Source of the DNA: Candidatus Eiseniibacteriota bacterium
GTDB taxonomy: Bacteria; Eisenbacteria; RBG-16-71-46
NCBI GenBank assembly: GCA_963744995.1
Contig: CAVUWA010000002.1
Span: 416,001-480,000, forward strand
DNA: 64,000 nucleotides
Direction of reading: 5' to 3'
Shown here: positions 29,493 through 40,236 of the stretch, piece by piece
Layout of the letters: the number at the start of each line of letters is the position of its first letter
Numbering within the stretch: the stretch's first letter is position 1
Notes under the pieces: model-generated
Databases searched by the model: none
Told to the model about the DNA's origin: nothing
The model's input: only the letters and a program-made list of their open reading frames with translations
Translations under genes and position numbers: made by a program

Positions 29493-30898
29493 CCACCACA
29501 CCTACGGTCGGGATTCGCGATGGCTACGAACAGAAATACGGATTCCACGATCCCGACGGATTCGTGTTCAAGGCGCGCAAGGGCCTGAACAAGGAAGTGG
29601 TCGCCGAGATCTCCGCCCACAAGGGCGAGCCGAAGTGGATGCTCGACTACCGGCTCAAGGCGCTCGAGATCTTCGAGAAGAAGCCGATGCCCACCTGGGG
29701 CGGCAACGTCGGCGAGATCAAGTTCGACGACATCTACTACTACGTGAAGCCGACCTCGACGGAGTCCAAGTCGTGGGACGACGTGCCCGCGGACATGAAG
29801 CGGACGTTCGACCGGCTGGGCATTCCCGAGGCCGAGCAGAAGTTCCTGGCCGGCGTGGGTGCGCAGTACGACTCGGAGGTCGTCTACCACAAGATCAAGG
29901 AGCATCTCGAGGCGCAGGGCGTGATCTTTCTGTCGGCGGACCATGGGCTGCGTGATCACGAGGCGCTCTTCAAGGAGCACTTCGGCACGGTTATTCCGTC
30001 GAGCGACAACAAGTTCGCGGCGCTGAACTCGGCCGTGTGGTCGGGCGGGTCGTTCATCTACGTGCCCAAGGGCGTCAAGGTGGACGTGCCGCTGCAGGCC
30101 TACTTCCGCATCAACACCAAGGACATGGGGCAGTTCGAGCGCACGCTGATCATCGTCGACGAGGGCGCCTACGTGCACTACGTCGAAGGCTGCACGGCGC
30201 CGACCTATTCGAGCGATTCCCTGCACTCGGCGGTCGTCGAGATCGTCGTCAAGGCCGGCGGCCGTTGCCGCTACACGACGATCCAGAACTGGTCGAACAA
30301 CGTCTACAACCTGGTCACCAAGCGGGCGATGGCGTATCGCGATGCGACCATGGAATGGGTCGATGGCAACCTGGGCTCCAAGCTCACGATGAAATACCCG
30401 TCGGTCTACATGATGGAGCCGGGTGCGCACGGAGAGATTCTGTCGATCGCGTTCGCCGGCAAGGGCCAGCACCAGGACGCGGGCGGCAAGGTGGTGCATT
30501 GCGCGCCGGACACCTCCAGCAAGATCGTGTCGAAGTCGATCAGCAAGGACGGCGGTCGCGCGGGCTACCGCGGGCTCGTGAAGGTCCAGAGGGGCGCCGA
30601 GAACTGCCGCAGCACGGTGCAGTGCGACGCGCTGATTCTCGACGAAGCCTCGCGCTCCGACACGTACCCGTACATGGAAATCGAAGAGGACAGGGTTTCG
30701 ATCGGCCACGAGGCCACCGTGTCGAAGATCGGTGACGAGCAGCTCTTCTACCTCATGAGCCGCGGCATCAACGCCGACGAAGCTGCGGCGATGATCGTAT
30801 CGGGATTCATCGAGCCGATCGTCAAGGAGCTGCCGATGGAGTACTCCGTCGAGATGAACCGGCTGATCCAGCTGCAGATGGAGGGGTCGGTCGGATGA
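29489..30898 (+). CDS. sufB: Fe-S assembly scaffold SufB
   Basis: [48 protein letters not shown]. Confidence 0.97.
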   Translation: MTTTPTVGIRDGYEQKYGFHDPDGFVFKARKGLNKEVVAEISAHKGEPKWMLDYRLKALEIFEKKPMPTWGGNVGEIKFDDIYYYVKPTSTESKSWDDVPADMKRTFDRLGIPEAEQKFLAGVGAQYDSEVVYHKIKEHLEAQGVIFLSADHGLRDHEALFKEHFGTVIPSSDNKFAALNSAVWSGGSFIYVPKGVKVDVPLQAYFRINTKDMGQFERTLIIVDEGAYVHYVEGCTAPTYSSDSLHSAVVEIVVKAGGRCRYTTIQNWSNNVYNLVTKRAMAYRDATMEWVDGNLGSKLTMKYPSVYMMEPGAHGEILSIAFAGKGQHQDAGGKVVHCAPDTSSKIVSKSISKDGGRAGYRGLVKVQRGAENCRSTVQCDALILDEASRSDTYPYMEIEEDRVSIGHEATVSKIGDEQLFYLMSRGINADEAAAMIVSGFIEPIVKELPMEYSVEMNRLIQLQMEGSVG

Positions 30899-32238
30899 CG
30901 ACGACGGAACTCCACACGCAGACGAAGTTCGAAACCGCCTGGGCGGCGCGCGCCGCCGAGCGCGCGAAGGAGCGCGGCGAGCCGGACTGGTCGCTCGCGC
31001 GGCGCGCGGAGGCCGTGGCGGCACTCGGCCGCATGACGTTCCCGGCGCGCACCGACGAGCTCTGGCGCCGTACCGACTTCCGCACCGTCGAGCAGGGCAT
31101 GGCCGGGCTCGATGCCTTCGCGGAGGGGCCGCGGGCACGCACGATCGACGATCTTCCGGCGAGCGTGATCGAGCGGCTCGCCGGCGAGACCGGGCAGGTG
31201 GCGCTGGTGGTGCAGCGCGACGGCGACGTCGTGTTCGAGCAGACGCACCCCGAACTCGAGAAGCAGGGCGTGATCGTGTGTTCGCTGGATCGCGCGCTGC
31301 GCGACCACGGCGACCGTGTGCGCGAGGTGTTCGGCGCGTCGTTGCGCGCGGACTACGACTGGTACACGGCGCTTGGCATGGCGATCCACTCGGGCGGCGC
31401 GTTCGTGCACGTCCCGGACGGCGTCGAAGCCGCGGTGCCGGTGCGGGTCTTCCACGTGCTCGACGGCGCAGGGCGCCTGCAGGCCCCCCGCACGGTGATT
31501 TCGCTCGGTCGCGGCAGCCGCGCGACGGTGATCGAGGAGCAGTTCTCCGGCGCGGCCGACGGGCTCGCGGTGCACCTTTCGGGCACCGAGGTCTACGTCG
31601 GCGACGAAGCGAAGCTGATCTACGGCACCCTTCAGGATTGGGGCCGCAACGTCTACCACTACTCGAATGCGCGGGCCCGAGTCGGGCGCGATGCCGAGCT
31701 GCAGTGGATCCAGACGCTGCTCGGTTCGCGGATGGCGAAGGCGAACGCCTATTTCGACATGGTCGGGCCCGGTGCGCAGGCGTTCGTGCACGGCTTCATG
31801 TTCGGCGACGCGCGGCAGCACTTCCATCTGCACACGCTGCAGCGACACCTGGTGGACCACACGACGAGCGACCTGCTCATCAAGGGCTGCCTGAAGGATC
31901 GGGCACGCAGCATCTACCAGGGTCTGATCCAGGTCAGTGAGGGCGCGCAGCGCACGGACGCCTACCAGGCGAACCGCAACCTGCTGCTCTCCGATCAGGC
32001 GCGGGCCGACAGCATCCCCGGCCTCGAGATCCTCGCCAACGACGTGCGCTGCACGCACGGCGCGACGATCGGGTACGTCGACGAGGAGCAGATGTACTAT
32101 CTGATGGCGCGCGGCCTGCCCGCGAACGTGGCGCAGCGGCTCATCGTGGAAGGTTTTTTCGCGCCCGTGCTGGATCGCATTCCGCTCGAAGCGGTGCGCG
32201 AGCGGCTGCGCGGCGAGATCGAGACCAAGATCGGATGA
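30895..32238 (+). CDS. sufD: Fe-S assembly protein SufD
   Basis: [48 protein letters not shown]. Confidence 0.95.
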   Translation: MTTTELHTQTKFETAWAARAAERAKERGEPDWSLARRAEAVAALGRMTFPARTDELWRRTDFRTVEQGMAGLDAFAEGPRARTIDDLPASVIERLAGETGQVALVVQRDGDVVFEQTHPELEKQGVIVCSLDRALRDHGDRVREVFGASLRADYDWYTALGMAIHSGGAFVHVPDGVEAAVPVRVFHVLDGAGRLQAPRTVISLGRGSRATVIEEQFSGAADGLAVHLSGTEVYVGDEAKLIYGTLQDWGRNVYHYSNARARVGRDAELQWIQTLLGSRMAKANAYFDMVGPGAQAFVHGFMFGDARQHFHLHTLQRHLVDHTTSDLLIKGCLKDRARSIYQGLIQVSEGAQRTDAYQANRNLLLSDQARADSIPGLEILANDVRCTHGATIGYVDEEQMYYLMARGLPANVAQRLIVEGFFAPVLDRIPLEAVRERLRGEIETKIG

Positions 32239-32244
32239 CGTGCG

Positions 32245-32270
32245 CGGGGCGGTCCACCCGGGCCGCCCCG
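32245..32270 (+). other. Intercistronic stem-loop between sufD and sufS
   Basis: CGGGGCGGTCC-ACCC-GGGCCGCCCCG. Confidence 0.45.
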
Positions 32271-32337
32271 ACGCGGTTCCCTTCCGGGGCCGGGGCGCGG
32301 CGCGTTGCGCGGTGCCGTGCGCCTTCGAGGTTCTGAC

Positions 32338-33600
32338 ATGACCCATCGCCCGGGCGGCGCCACCGCCGCGCCGATCCACACCTTCGACCCGCTGGTCGTC
32401 CGCGAGGATTTCCCGATCCTGCGCGTGAAGGACGGCAAGCGGCTCGTCTACCTCGACAGCGCCGCGACCAGCCAGAAGCCGGACGTCGTGCTGCGGGCGA
32501 TGACCGCCTACTACGAAACGCACAACGCCAACATCCATCGCGGGGTCTACCGGATCGCCGAGGAGGCAACCGCGGCCTACGAGGACGCCCGCCGCCGCGT
32601 GGCACGCTTCATCAATGCGCGTTCGCCGCGCGAGCTGGTCTTCACCCGCAACAGCACCGAGTCGCTGAACCTGATCGCCTACTCGTATGGCCGCCATTTC
32701 CTGAAGCCGGGCGACGCGATCCTCACCACCGAAACCGAGCACCATTCGAACTTCGTGCCCTGGCAGATCCTCGCCAGGGAGCGCGGGCTCGAGATGCGGT
32801 TCATTCCCATCGACGGGCACCACGAACTGGACCTGTCCGCACTGCCCGCGCTGCTCGCCGACGGCCGGGTGAAACTCGCGACCGTCGTGCACATCTCCAA
32901 CGTGCTCGGCGCGATCAATCCCGTGGCCGAGATCGCGAAGCAGGTGCGGGCCGCCGGCGCGGTGATGGTGATCGACGCCTCGCAGAGCGTGCCGCATTGC
33001 CCGGTGGACGTGCAGGCGCTGGGCGCGGATTTCGTCGCGTTCACCAGCCACAAGATGCTCGGCCCGACCGGCATCGGAGCACTGTGGGCTCGCCGCGAGC
33101 ACCTGGAGGCGATGCCGCCGTTCCTCGCCGGCGGCGAGATGATCCGCGAGGTGAAGCTCGCCGAATCGAAGTGGAACGAGCTGCCGTGGAAATTCGAGGC
33201 CGGCACCATGAGCATCGCCGAGGCGATCGGCTTCGGCGCCGCGGTGCAGTACCTCGAGGGGCTGGGCATGGACGCGGTATTCGCGCACGATCGCGATCTC
33301 GCCGCGTATGCGATGGAGCGACTCACCGGGATTCCGGGGCTGCGAATCCTCGGCCCGCCCGCCGAGCGTCATGCCGGCGCCGTCGCATTCACGATGGGGG
33401 ACGTCCACCCGCACGACATCGCCACGGTGCTCGACGCGGGGAACGTCGCGGTGCGTGCCGGGCACCACTGCACGATGCCGTTGCACGCGAGGCTCGGAGT
33501 GCCCGCATCGACGCGAGCTTCGTTCCACTGCTACTCGGTGCCCGAGGACATCGACCTCATGATCGAAGGTCTCGACCGCGCAAGGAAGATGTTCGCATGA
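32338..33600 (+). CDS. sufS: Cysteine desulfurase SufS
   Basis: YLDSAATSQKP, EHHSNFVPW, SHKMLGPTG (PLP Lys), RAGHHC. Confidence 0.96.
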   Translation: MTHRPGGATAAPIHTFDPLVVREDFPILRVKDGKRLVYLDSAATSQKPDVVLRAMTAYYETHNANIHRGVYRIAEEATAAYEDARRRVARFINARSPRELVFTRNSTESLNLIAYSYGRHFLKPGDAILTTETEHHSNFVPWQILARERGLEMRFIPIDGHHELDLSALPALLADGRVKLATVVHISNVLGAINPVAEIAKQVRAAGAVMVIDASQSVPHCPVDVQALGADFVAFTSHKMLGPTGIGALWARREHLEAMPPFLAGGEMIREVKLAESKWNELPWKFEAGTMSIAEAIGFGAAVQYLEGLGMDAVFAHDRDLAAYAMERLTGIPGLRILGPPAERHAGAVAFTMGDVHPHDIATVLDAGNVAVRAGHHCTMPLHARLGVPASTRASFHCYSVPEDIDLMIEGLDRARKMFA

Positions 33601-34007
33601 GCTGGGACGAGCAGCTGTATCGCGAGAACATCCTCGATCACTACAAACGGCCCTCGCACAAGGGCACGATCGAGTCGCCGGACATCACGTACGAGGATTC
33701 GAATCCGCTCTGTGGCGACGTGATCCGGATGGATTTCAAGGTCGCGGACGGCAAGATCGAAGCCGTGCGCTTCAGCGGGCACGGCTGTTCGATCAGCCAG
33801 GCCTCGGCCGACATGCTGTGCGAGAAGCTCGAGGGCATGAGCCTCGAGGACGCGAAGCAGGTGTCGCGGGAGGACATCCTCGAGATGCTCGGCATCGAAC
33901 TGGGCCCGGTGCGGCTCAAGTGCGGCCTGCTGGCCCTGAAGACGCTGAAGGCGGGCGTCTACGGGCTCGATCAGTGGCCCGGCGAGGATGAAGACGAGAG
34001 TTCCTGA
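33597..34007 (+). CDS. sufU: SufU/NifU-like Fe-S scaffold or sulfur-transfer protein
   Basis: LYRENILDHY, NPLCGD, GHGCSISQASA, VRLKC. Confidence 0.92.
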   Translation: MSWDEQLYRENILDHYKRPSHKGTIESPDITYEDSNPLCGDVIRMDFKVADGKIEAVRFSGHGCSISQASADMLCEKLEGMSLEDAKQVSREDILEMLGIELGPVRLKCGLLALKTLKAGVYGLDQWPGEDEDESS

Positions 34008-34047
34008 CCGTGCGCGCGCAGCGGCGCGGCGATTCCAGAGGAGACCG

Positions 34048-34371
34048 ATGAGCCAGACCTCGAGCGGATTCGTGACCGTCGCGAAGACGGGGGAGATTCC
34101 CGAAGGCGGCGTGAAGGTCGTGCGCGTGGACGAGCAGGACATCGCGGTGTTCCTGATCGGTGGCCGCTACTATGCGATCGACGACATCTGCACGCACGAC
34201 GGCGGTCCGCTGGCCGAGGGCACGCTCGAAGGTTGCATCATCGAATGTCCGCGCCACGGCGCGAAGTTCGACGTGACGAACGGAGCAGTGGTCGCGATGC
34301 CCGCGACCGCGCCGGTACCGACCTACGAAGTGAAGGTCGAAGGCGACGACATCAAAGTCGGCTGGGCCTGA
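34048..34371 (+). CDS. Rieske-type ferredoxin
   Basis: CTH...CPRH Rieske motifs; GAGGAG RBS. Confidence 0.92.
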   Translation: MSQTSSGFVTVAKTGEIPEGGVKVVRVDEQDIAVFLIGGRYYAIDDICTHDGGPLAEGTLEGCIIECPRHGAKFDVTNGAVVAMPATAPVPTYEVKVEGDDIKVGWA

Positions 34372-34413
34372 GCAGCGGCGCACCCCGCGCGGCCCCGGCC
34401 GGAAGGAGACGCG

Positions 34414-34869
34414 ATGAGTGACGAGCAGAAGGACCGCGCCGTGAACCCGCACACCGGTCGGCCGGTGCCGGACGATCCGCCGCGCGAGACGCCCGGGCCG
34501 GCGCCGATGCACCCCGGCCAGGACCTGAAGTCGGAGGCCGCTCCCGCGGCGCCGGCACCCGCGCAGGACCGGGCGCCCTCGCAGCAGGAACTGGCGATCC
34601 GTGCCGCGCTCGAGACGGTGATGGATCCCGAGATCAACCTGTCGGTGATCGATCTCGGCCTGATCCGCGAAATCCGGCTGCTGCCCGAGGTCACGCAGAT
34701 CAAGATGATGCTGACGACGCCGTTCTGCCCCTACGCGCCGCAGCTCATGGCCGACGTGAAGCAGGCCACGATGGGCGTCGTGCCGAAGCTGTGCGAAGTC
34801 GAGATCCTGCCGGATGCATGGAGCCCGGATCTGATGCCGGATCCGGGGCTGCTCGGCTACTCGTTCTAG
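34414..34869 (+). CDS. DUF59/SufT-like metal-sulfur cluster assembly factor
   Basis: ALETVMDPEINLSVIDLGLI, LTTPFCP, WSPDLM. Confidence 0.88.
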   Translation: MSDEQKDRAVNPHTGRPVPDDPPRETPGPAPMHPGQDLKSEAAPAAPAPAQDRAPSQQELAIRAALETVMDPEINLSVIDLGLIREIRLLPEVTQIKMMLTTPFCPYAPQLMADVKQATMGVVPKLCEVEILPDAWSPDLMPDPGLLGYSF

Positions 34870-34886
34870 GTGGCGCGGGGCCGCGG

Positions 34887-35579
34887 CTATGCCGCGACCC
34901 CGAAGATCGCGCCCACGGCGGCCGTCGCCGCCATCGCCAGCGCGCCCCACAGCGTCACGCGACCTGCGCCCGCCGCGACGTTCGCGCCGCCCGTGCGCGC
35001 GGCCAGCCCGCCGAGCGCCGCAAGGCAGACCAATGAACCGGCTGCGACCGACGGGATCATCCATGTGCCCGGCGTGAGCCACGCGGTCACGAGCGGCATG
35101 GTCGCGCCGGCGGCGAAGGTCGCCGCCGATGCCACCGCGGCCTGCAGCGGGCGCGCGGTGTGGATCTCGTTGAGCCCGAGCTCGTCGCGCGCGTGTGCGC
35201 CGAGCGCGTCATGGGCCATGAGCTGCCTCGCGACCTCGTGCGCGAGCCCGGGTTCGAGGCCGCGTCGCTCGTAGATCCCGGCGAGCTCCTGGTGCTCCGA
35301 GTCGAGGTCGGTTTCGAGCTCCAGCCGCTCACGGGCGAGGTCCGCCTTTTCGGTGTCGGCCTGCGAGCTGACCGAAACGTATTCGCCCGCCGCCATGGAC
35401 ATGGCGCCCGCGACGAGGCCGGCGATACCGGCGACCAGTACGGCCTCACGCGCGGCGCTCGCCGCGGCCACGCCCACGACGAGACTCGCCGTAGAAACGA
35501 TGCCGTCGTTCGCGCCCAGGACCGCCGCCCGCAGCCACCCGATGCGATCTGCGTAGTGCCGCTCCGCGTGTGTGCGCAT
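34887..35579 (-). CDS. VIT1/CCC1 family Fe/Mn transporter
   Basis: WLRAAVLGANDGIVS, SMAAGEYVSVSSQAD, HARDELG. Confidence 0.95.
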   Translation of the reverse strand: MRTHAERHYADRIGWLRAAVLGANDGIVSTASLVVGVAAASAAREAVLVAGIAGLVAGAMSMAAGEYVSVSSQADTEKADLARERLELETDLDSEHQELAGIYERRGLEPGLAHEVARQLMAHDALGAHARDELGLNEIHTARPLQAAVASAATFAAGATMPLVTAWLTPGTWMIPSVAAGSLVCLAALGGLAARTGGANVAAGAGRVTLWGALAMAATAAVGAIFGVAA

Positions 35580-35676
35580 GCCGCTCTCCCCGCGGCCGCG
35601 GCCGCGTCATCGACGTTGCCCCCGCTGTGGCGCCGCCGCCCGGAAAGGCCCCGGTGCCCGGCGGGGGGCGTTCCGC

Positions 35677-36270
35677 TCAGCTCCGTTCGTACGCGGCGAG
35701 CCTGGCATCCAGCGCGTCGCGCACGGCAGGCCACTCCTCGCGCAGCACACTGTAGTACACCCAGTCGATCCAGCGTCCGGTGTGGTGTCGGGTGCGCCGT
35801 CTGAGCATGCCCTCTTCCCTGGCGCCCAGTCGCAGTACGGCCGTCCGCGACGGCACGTTGAGCGCGTCGACCCGGAATTCCACGCGCACCACGCTCATCT
35901 GCTCGAACGCGTACGCCAGCATCAGCCGCTTCGCTTCGGTGTTGAACGCGCGCCGCTGACAGTCGCGGGCGAGCCAGGTCCAGCCGATCTCGACGCAGCG
36001 GTCCTGCCGGTCGATGTTGCCGAAGCGCGTGCTGCCGATGACGCGGCCGGTCGCGCGATCGATCGTTGCGAAGGGAATCGCGGTGCCCGCATCGCGCAGT
36101 GCGAGGGCGGTCGCGATGTAGCGCTCGAGCTCTTCTTCGGAGAGGATCTGCGTGAGCGTCCAGCGCCACAGGAGAGGATCGAATGCGACTCGCGCGAGGG
36201 CGGCCGCGTGGCCGCGCGACAGCGGCTCGAGCCGCACGTGGTGGCCTTCGAGGGTGGGCTGCTCGGACAT
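35677..36270 (-). CDS. GNAT N-acetyltransferase (RimJ/RimL-like)
   Basis: TLEGHHVRLEPL, IGSTRF, VEIGWTW, NTEAKRLML, LGAREEGMLR. Confidence 0.9.
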   Translation of the reverse strand: MSEQPTLEGHHVRLEPLSRGHAAALARVAFDPLLWRWTLTQILSEEELERYIATALALRDAGTAIPFATIDRATGRVIGSTRFGNIDRQDRCVEIGWTWLARDCQRRAFNTEAKRLMLAYAFEQMSVVRVEFRVDALNVPSRTAVLRLGAREEGMLRRRTRHHTGRWIDWVYYSVLREEWPAVRDALDARLAAYERS

Positions 36271-36570
36271 TCGGTACGGGCCTCCGGGTCGGGGATGCCG
36301 CACCGCTCGGGCGGAAGACGCGCGAGGCGTCCGGCGCTCACGCCGGCGGGATCCGGGCGGGGAGGATACGCCATTTCGAATGGAATCCGCTGCGATCCCG
36401 CCACGGCGCCAGACGGTCCGCCGCGGAAAGGCGCGAGCGCCGCGGTCTCCCGCGGCGCCTGGCGCCTGACGTTCGAGCCCTTCAGAACGGCGGGCCCGGG
36501 AAGTCCCGTGGACCCGGCCTCGAGAGAACCGGCTCCGATGCCGTGAACCGTCATCCCCGACCGCAGGGCG

Positions 36571-37113
36571 CTACAGGTTGTAGGTAATGCCCCAGTTGAG
36601 CTTCAACTGCCGGTAGTCCGTCACGTGGTGGTACTTGAGCTCGAAGAAGTTGGAGATCTTCGTGGTCAGCGGGACCGACACGCCGGCGAGCGCCGCCAGA
36701 CCGCCCTTGGTCAGGGAGTCGTTCGCCTCGATCAGCCCGAGGCTCGGTGCGTTCACGGTCGCAGACAGGAAGTGGACTGCGAGCCCGGCGCCCAGGTAGG
36801 GCTCCCAGCCGTCGCGGTAGAACACGTAGCGCGCGTCCACGCCGAGCGTCGCATCCTTGCGCGTCGATTCGATCCCGAACGCGGAGACGCTGTTCGAATT
36901 CCGCCAGTATTCGATCGTCGGCATGACCTCGATGTTGCGGATCAGCGCCGCGGGGTGGAAGCGCAGTCTGAGCGCAAGGCCCGAAAACGAACTCTGCCCT
37001 TCCTGCATGACGGTGGCGGTGGCGCCGTCGATGCCGGTCAGGTCACCGGCATGGGCCGGGGGGGCGAGGGCGGCCGCGAAGAACAAGACGAACAACGGTA
37101 CGGAAAGGCGCAT
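36571..37113 (-). CDS. Small outer-membrane beta-barrel protein
   Basis: Signal peptide (PAHA); PYLGAGL, FFELKYH, C-terminal KLNWGITYNL; AAGGAG RBS. Confidence 0.8.
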   Translation of the reverse strand: MRLSVPLFVLFFAAALAPPAHAGDLTGIDGATATVMQEGQSSFSGLALRLRFHPAALIRNIEVMPTIEYWRNSNSVSAFGIESTRKDATLGVDARYVFYRDGWEPYLGAGLAVHFLSATVNAPSLGLIEANDSLTKGGLAALAGVSVPLTTKISNFFELKYHHVTDYRQLKLNWGITYNL

Positions 37114-37976
37114 GCCAGACTCCTTGCGAGGATCCTTCCTCGGCATCGTGACGGGCACGGTGCATGGCCGTGCCGAATCCATTCGGCGGGGGAGCCGCAT
37201 GCGGACTATAGCCGGGAGGGGCCCGGGAGTGCCAGTGCGATCGGAGTGCTGCGCGCTCGTGAACCCGGCCCGATTCCGGTCGGGGCGAAAACGGCGGGCG
37301 CGAAGAGACGGGCGCCCCGTCCAGGGCCGCTGCACCGCCGAGGGGTGGTCGGCGCCGCGAACCGCTGGACGGGTGCGCACCACCGGTGGACCGAATCTGC
37401 ACGAGCGCTTCGGTTCGCCATCTCCGGCCGTCCTGATCCGCACCGGGCCGTGTCGGATGCGCCGCCGAGGGGTGCGACGTCCGTCACGGTGTGAGCGGTG
37501 CGGACCAGGTCCGCCGGCACACCGGTCTATCTACTGACGACTCCTGCCGCTGCGGTCGAAACCAACTCGAGCCGGACGCGGCCCATGAAGGAGTGAGGGG
37601 CGCTCCTCACGGGCCCGGCCGGGATGGCATCCCGGTCGTCGAACGTCCGGTTCGATGACCCGGCCGACCGCGCCGGGGAGGTGTCGTCGTCGAGGGCGGG
37701 GAGTTGGCCGGCGCGGTGTGAACCGCGTGCACTGCGTCCGGCCGCGCCGCCGCGATCGGCCGCGAAGGCCGACGTCGGCTCGAAGCGCCCTGGGGGGCGA
37801 TCCATGGATGAAGGCTGCGCTTCACTGGCCATCTCCGACACTCGAGGGGTCGAATCGGGAATGCCCCGTGCGTGGTGCGGGGTATGCGAACTTCCTCTTT
37901 CGAAAACCATGTCACCTGAACGAGAGATCCGGACGACCCGATGGGCGCCGCCGGGCGACCGTTCATGCAGGCCCAT

Positions 37977-37992
37977 AGCAAGGGCTTTGCCA
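37977..37992 (-). promoter_or_regulatory. Sigma-54 (-24/-12) promoter TGGCAAAGCCCTTGCT
   Basis: GG and GC dinucleotides at exact RpoN spacing; overlapped by the perfect palindrome CCACCATGGTGG (37990-38001). Confidence 0.65.
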
Positions 37993-38175
37993 CCATGGTG
38001 GTATCCCTCGCCACGATCCTCGGGTTCGGGAATCGCCGACGATGAGCCGACGCGATGACAATGACTTGGGCGTGGGGCCCGGGAGAACCTGCCGGCGCCC
38101 GACGCGCGCCGGTCGGGCTCGGGCCGGTACGGGGAGCGGCCGGGGCGGGCCCGCGTCCGGTAGGAAACCGACCGG

Positions 38176-38908
38176 CTAGTCCACCTCGCGGATCCGGTAG
38201 CGCACGAGCCGCGATCTGAGCCACAGCACGCCGATGAGATCGGCGATGCCGCGCCACAGTCGATTGCCGAGTCCGTACTTCGACGTCCCCATGCGGCGGG
38301 CGCGATGGTGCACGTCGACCTCGACGAAGCGCGCGCCACGCAGCACGCACAACGCCGGCAGGAAACGGTGCGCGCCGACGAACAGCGGCATCGCTTCGAG
38401 CACCTCGCGGCGGTAGGCCTTGAGCGAGCAGCCGATGTCCGTGATCGGATCGCCGAGGACGCCGCGTCGCACGCCGTTCGCGACCCTGGACGACACCCGC
38501 CGCATCCAGGTGTCGTTGCGCTCGCGGCGCACGCCGGACACGACATCCGCGTATCGCGAGGGCCGCGAGCAGGCGCGGGATGTCGGCGGGATCGTTCTGC
38601 AGATCGGCGTCCATCGTGACGATCGTTTCGCCGCCCGCGCGCAGCAGGCCGGCCGCCAGCGCGGCGCTCTGCCCGGAACGCTCCTCGAGCAGCACCGGCC
38701 GCACGCGCGGATCCCGGCGCGATTCGGCGAGCAGCCGCTCCGCGGTACCGTCGCCGCTGCCGTCGTCCACGAGCACCAGTTCGGCGGGAGCGTCGATGCT
38801 CGCCAGCGCCCGGCGCAGCTCGTCCAGCAGCGGATCGAGGTTCTCGATCTCGCGGTAGGCGGGAATCACGATCGAAACGAGGCCCTTCTGGCGTGCCGGT
38901 CCGTGCAT
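38176..38908 (-). CDS. Glycosyltransferase family 2 (DPM1/ArnC-like polyprenol-phosphate sugar transferase), frameshifted near 38553-38558
   Basis: SIVIPAYREIENL, VDDGSGDGT, TMDADLQNDPADIP in one frame; ADVVSGVR, DIGCSLKAYR, HRFLPAL, GTSKYG in another. Confidence 0.9.
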
Positions 38909-39103
38909 AGGCGGGACAGCATGGCAGACCCGGGGCGTGCGGACCAGCCGGGGCCCGCCGGGCGCGGGGCATCTCACCCGCGGCCGGCGGGCGCGGATCC
39001 GCTGCGGCCGCGTCGGATCCGGGCTCCGCGCGCGCCCGCGCCCGCCGCCTGGTCTTCCCGCGCCGTTGCCGGCCGGCTGCGGCTGTGCTAGATACTCGCC
39101 CTC

Positions 39104-39814
39104 GTGCGAACCTCGACCCGCGGCAGGGACGCCGCAGGAGGCCGGCGCGCGAGACTCCGCCGGAGCGCCCTCGAACAGCTCGCGTTCGACCTCGGCCCCG
39201 AGTGTCCGCGCTGGAGCCTGTCGCGGCTCGTGCAGCGCTCGCCGCATCGCGAGCGCATCCTCGAGCGGGTCGAATTCGTGCGGCGGTTCTTCCCCGAGCT
39301 CGACGGCTGCACGGTGCGCCTCGGCCTCGCGCAGAAGCCCGGCGTGCTCGGCTGGGGCTCGCTCGATCCCGACCAGCCCGGGATCTGGGTGCGACCCAAG
39401 CGCCTCGACTATTTCACGGTCGCGCACGAGTTCACGCACCTGCTGCAGGCGCGCCGGCTGGTGCCGGGCGGCGAGCGGCAGTGCGATCTCCACGCGCTCG
39501 CACGCTCGCCCATGCTGGTGGACGCGCCGCCGGGCTACCTCGCCCTGCCGCGCGGACTGCGCGCCAAACGCCGTCTCACCGCGCGTGAATCGGGCTATCT
39601 CTGCGACGCGGCGCGCCGCGCGCTCGCCGCGCGCGCCGCCGGCGAGCGGCGTTACCTCAAGCGCTTCGAGCAGGAGGTCGCCGACGCCTGGCGCGCCGGC
39701 GCGCTCGGGGCGCGTGGGCGTCCGCCGGCCGTGCGCGCGGCGGTGGACTCGCTCAAGCTCGGCCTCGACTTCGTCCGCGCCCGGATCCGTGCCGCCGCCG
39801 AATCGCTGCCGTGA
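39104..39814 (+). CDS. Hypothetical HExxH (zincin-like) protein
   Basis: TVAHEFTHLLQ followed by GERQCDLHALAR; GTGA overlap with the next gene; start uncertain. Confidence 0.7.
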   Translation: MRTSTRGRDAAGGRRARLRRSALEQLAFDLGPECPRWSLSRLVQRSPHRERILERVEFVRRFFPELDGCTVRLGLAQKPGVLGWGSLDPDQPGIWVRPKRLDYFTVAHEFTHLLQARRLVPGGERQCDLHALARSPMLVDAPPGYLALPRGLRAKRRLTARESGYLCDAARRALAARAAGERRYLKRFEQEVADAWRAGALGARGRPPAVRAAVDSLKLGLDFVRARIRAAAESLP

Positions 39815-40212
39815 ACGCGGACCGCATCCGCGTGGTCGCGGCGGTCGTGTTCGACGGCGAGCGGCTGCTCATGACCCAGCGGCCGCCCGGCGACCCGCTC
39901 GCGTTGCTGTGGGAGTTCCCGGGCGGCAAGATCGAGCCCGGCGAGACGCCCGCCGAAGCGCTGGTGCGCGAAGTGCGCGAGGAGCTAGGAGTCGGCGCGG
40001 CGGCCGGCCAGACGATGGCTGTTGAGCGTTTCGACTACGATCACGGACCGCGGGTCGAGATCCACTTCGTCCGCGTCACGCTGGAGGACACGCATTTCAC
40101 GCCGAACGCCGCGGTGCACGCGGTGCGCTGGGTGCGGCCCGCGGACGTCACTCTCGGCGACGTGCTGGAGGCGGATCGGCCGTTCCTCGAGCGCCTCGGG
40201 GCGTGCGGCTAG
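39811..40212 (+). CDS. NUDIX hydrolase, MutT/NudG-like
   Basis: WEFPGGKIEPGETPAEALVREVREELG Nudix box; EADRPFL. Confidence 0.92.
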   Translation: MNADRIRVVAAVVFDGERLLMTQRPPGDPLALLWEFPGGKIEPGETPAEALVREVREELGVGAAAGQTMAVERFDYDHGPRVEIHFVRVTLEDTHFTPNAAVHAVRWVRPADVTLGDVLEADRPFLERLGACG

Positions 40213-40236
40213 TCCAGGCTGGATTCGGAGAGACCC

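Noticed and set aside
30748..33528. 926-aa minus-strand ORF; similar antisense ORFs lie over nosZ (19734-22049) and lon (43842-46898)
   Set aside because: Antisense shadows of well-conserved genes with no recognisable motifs
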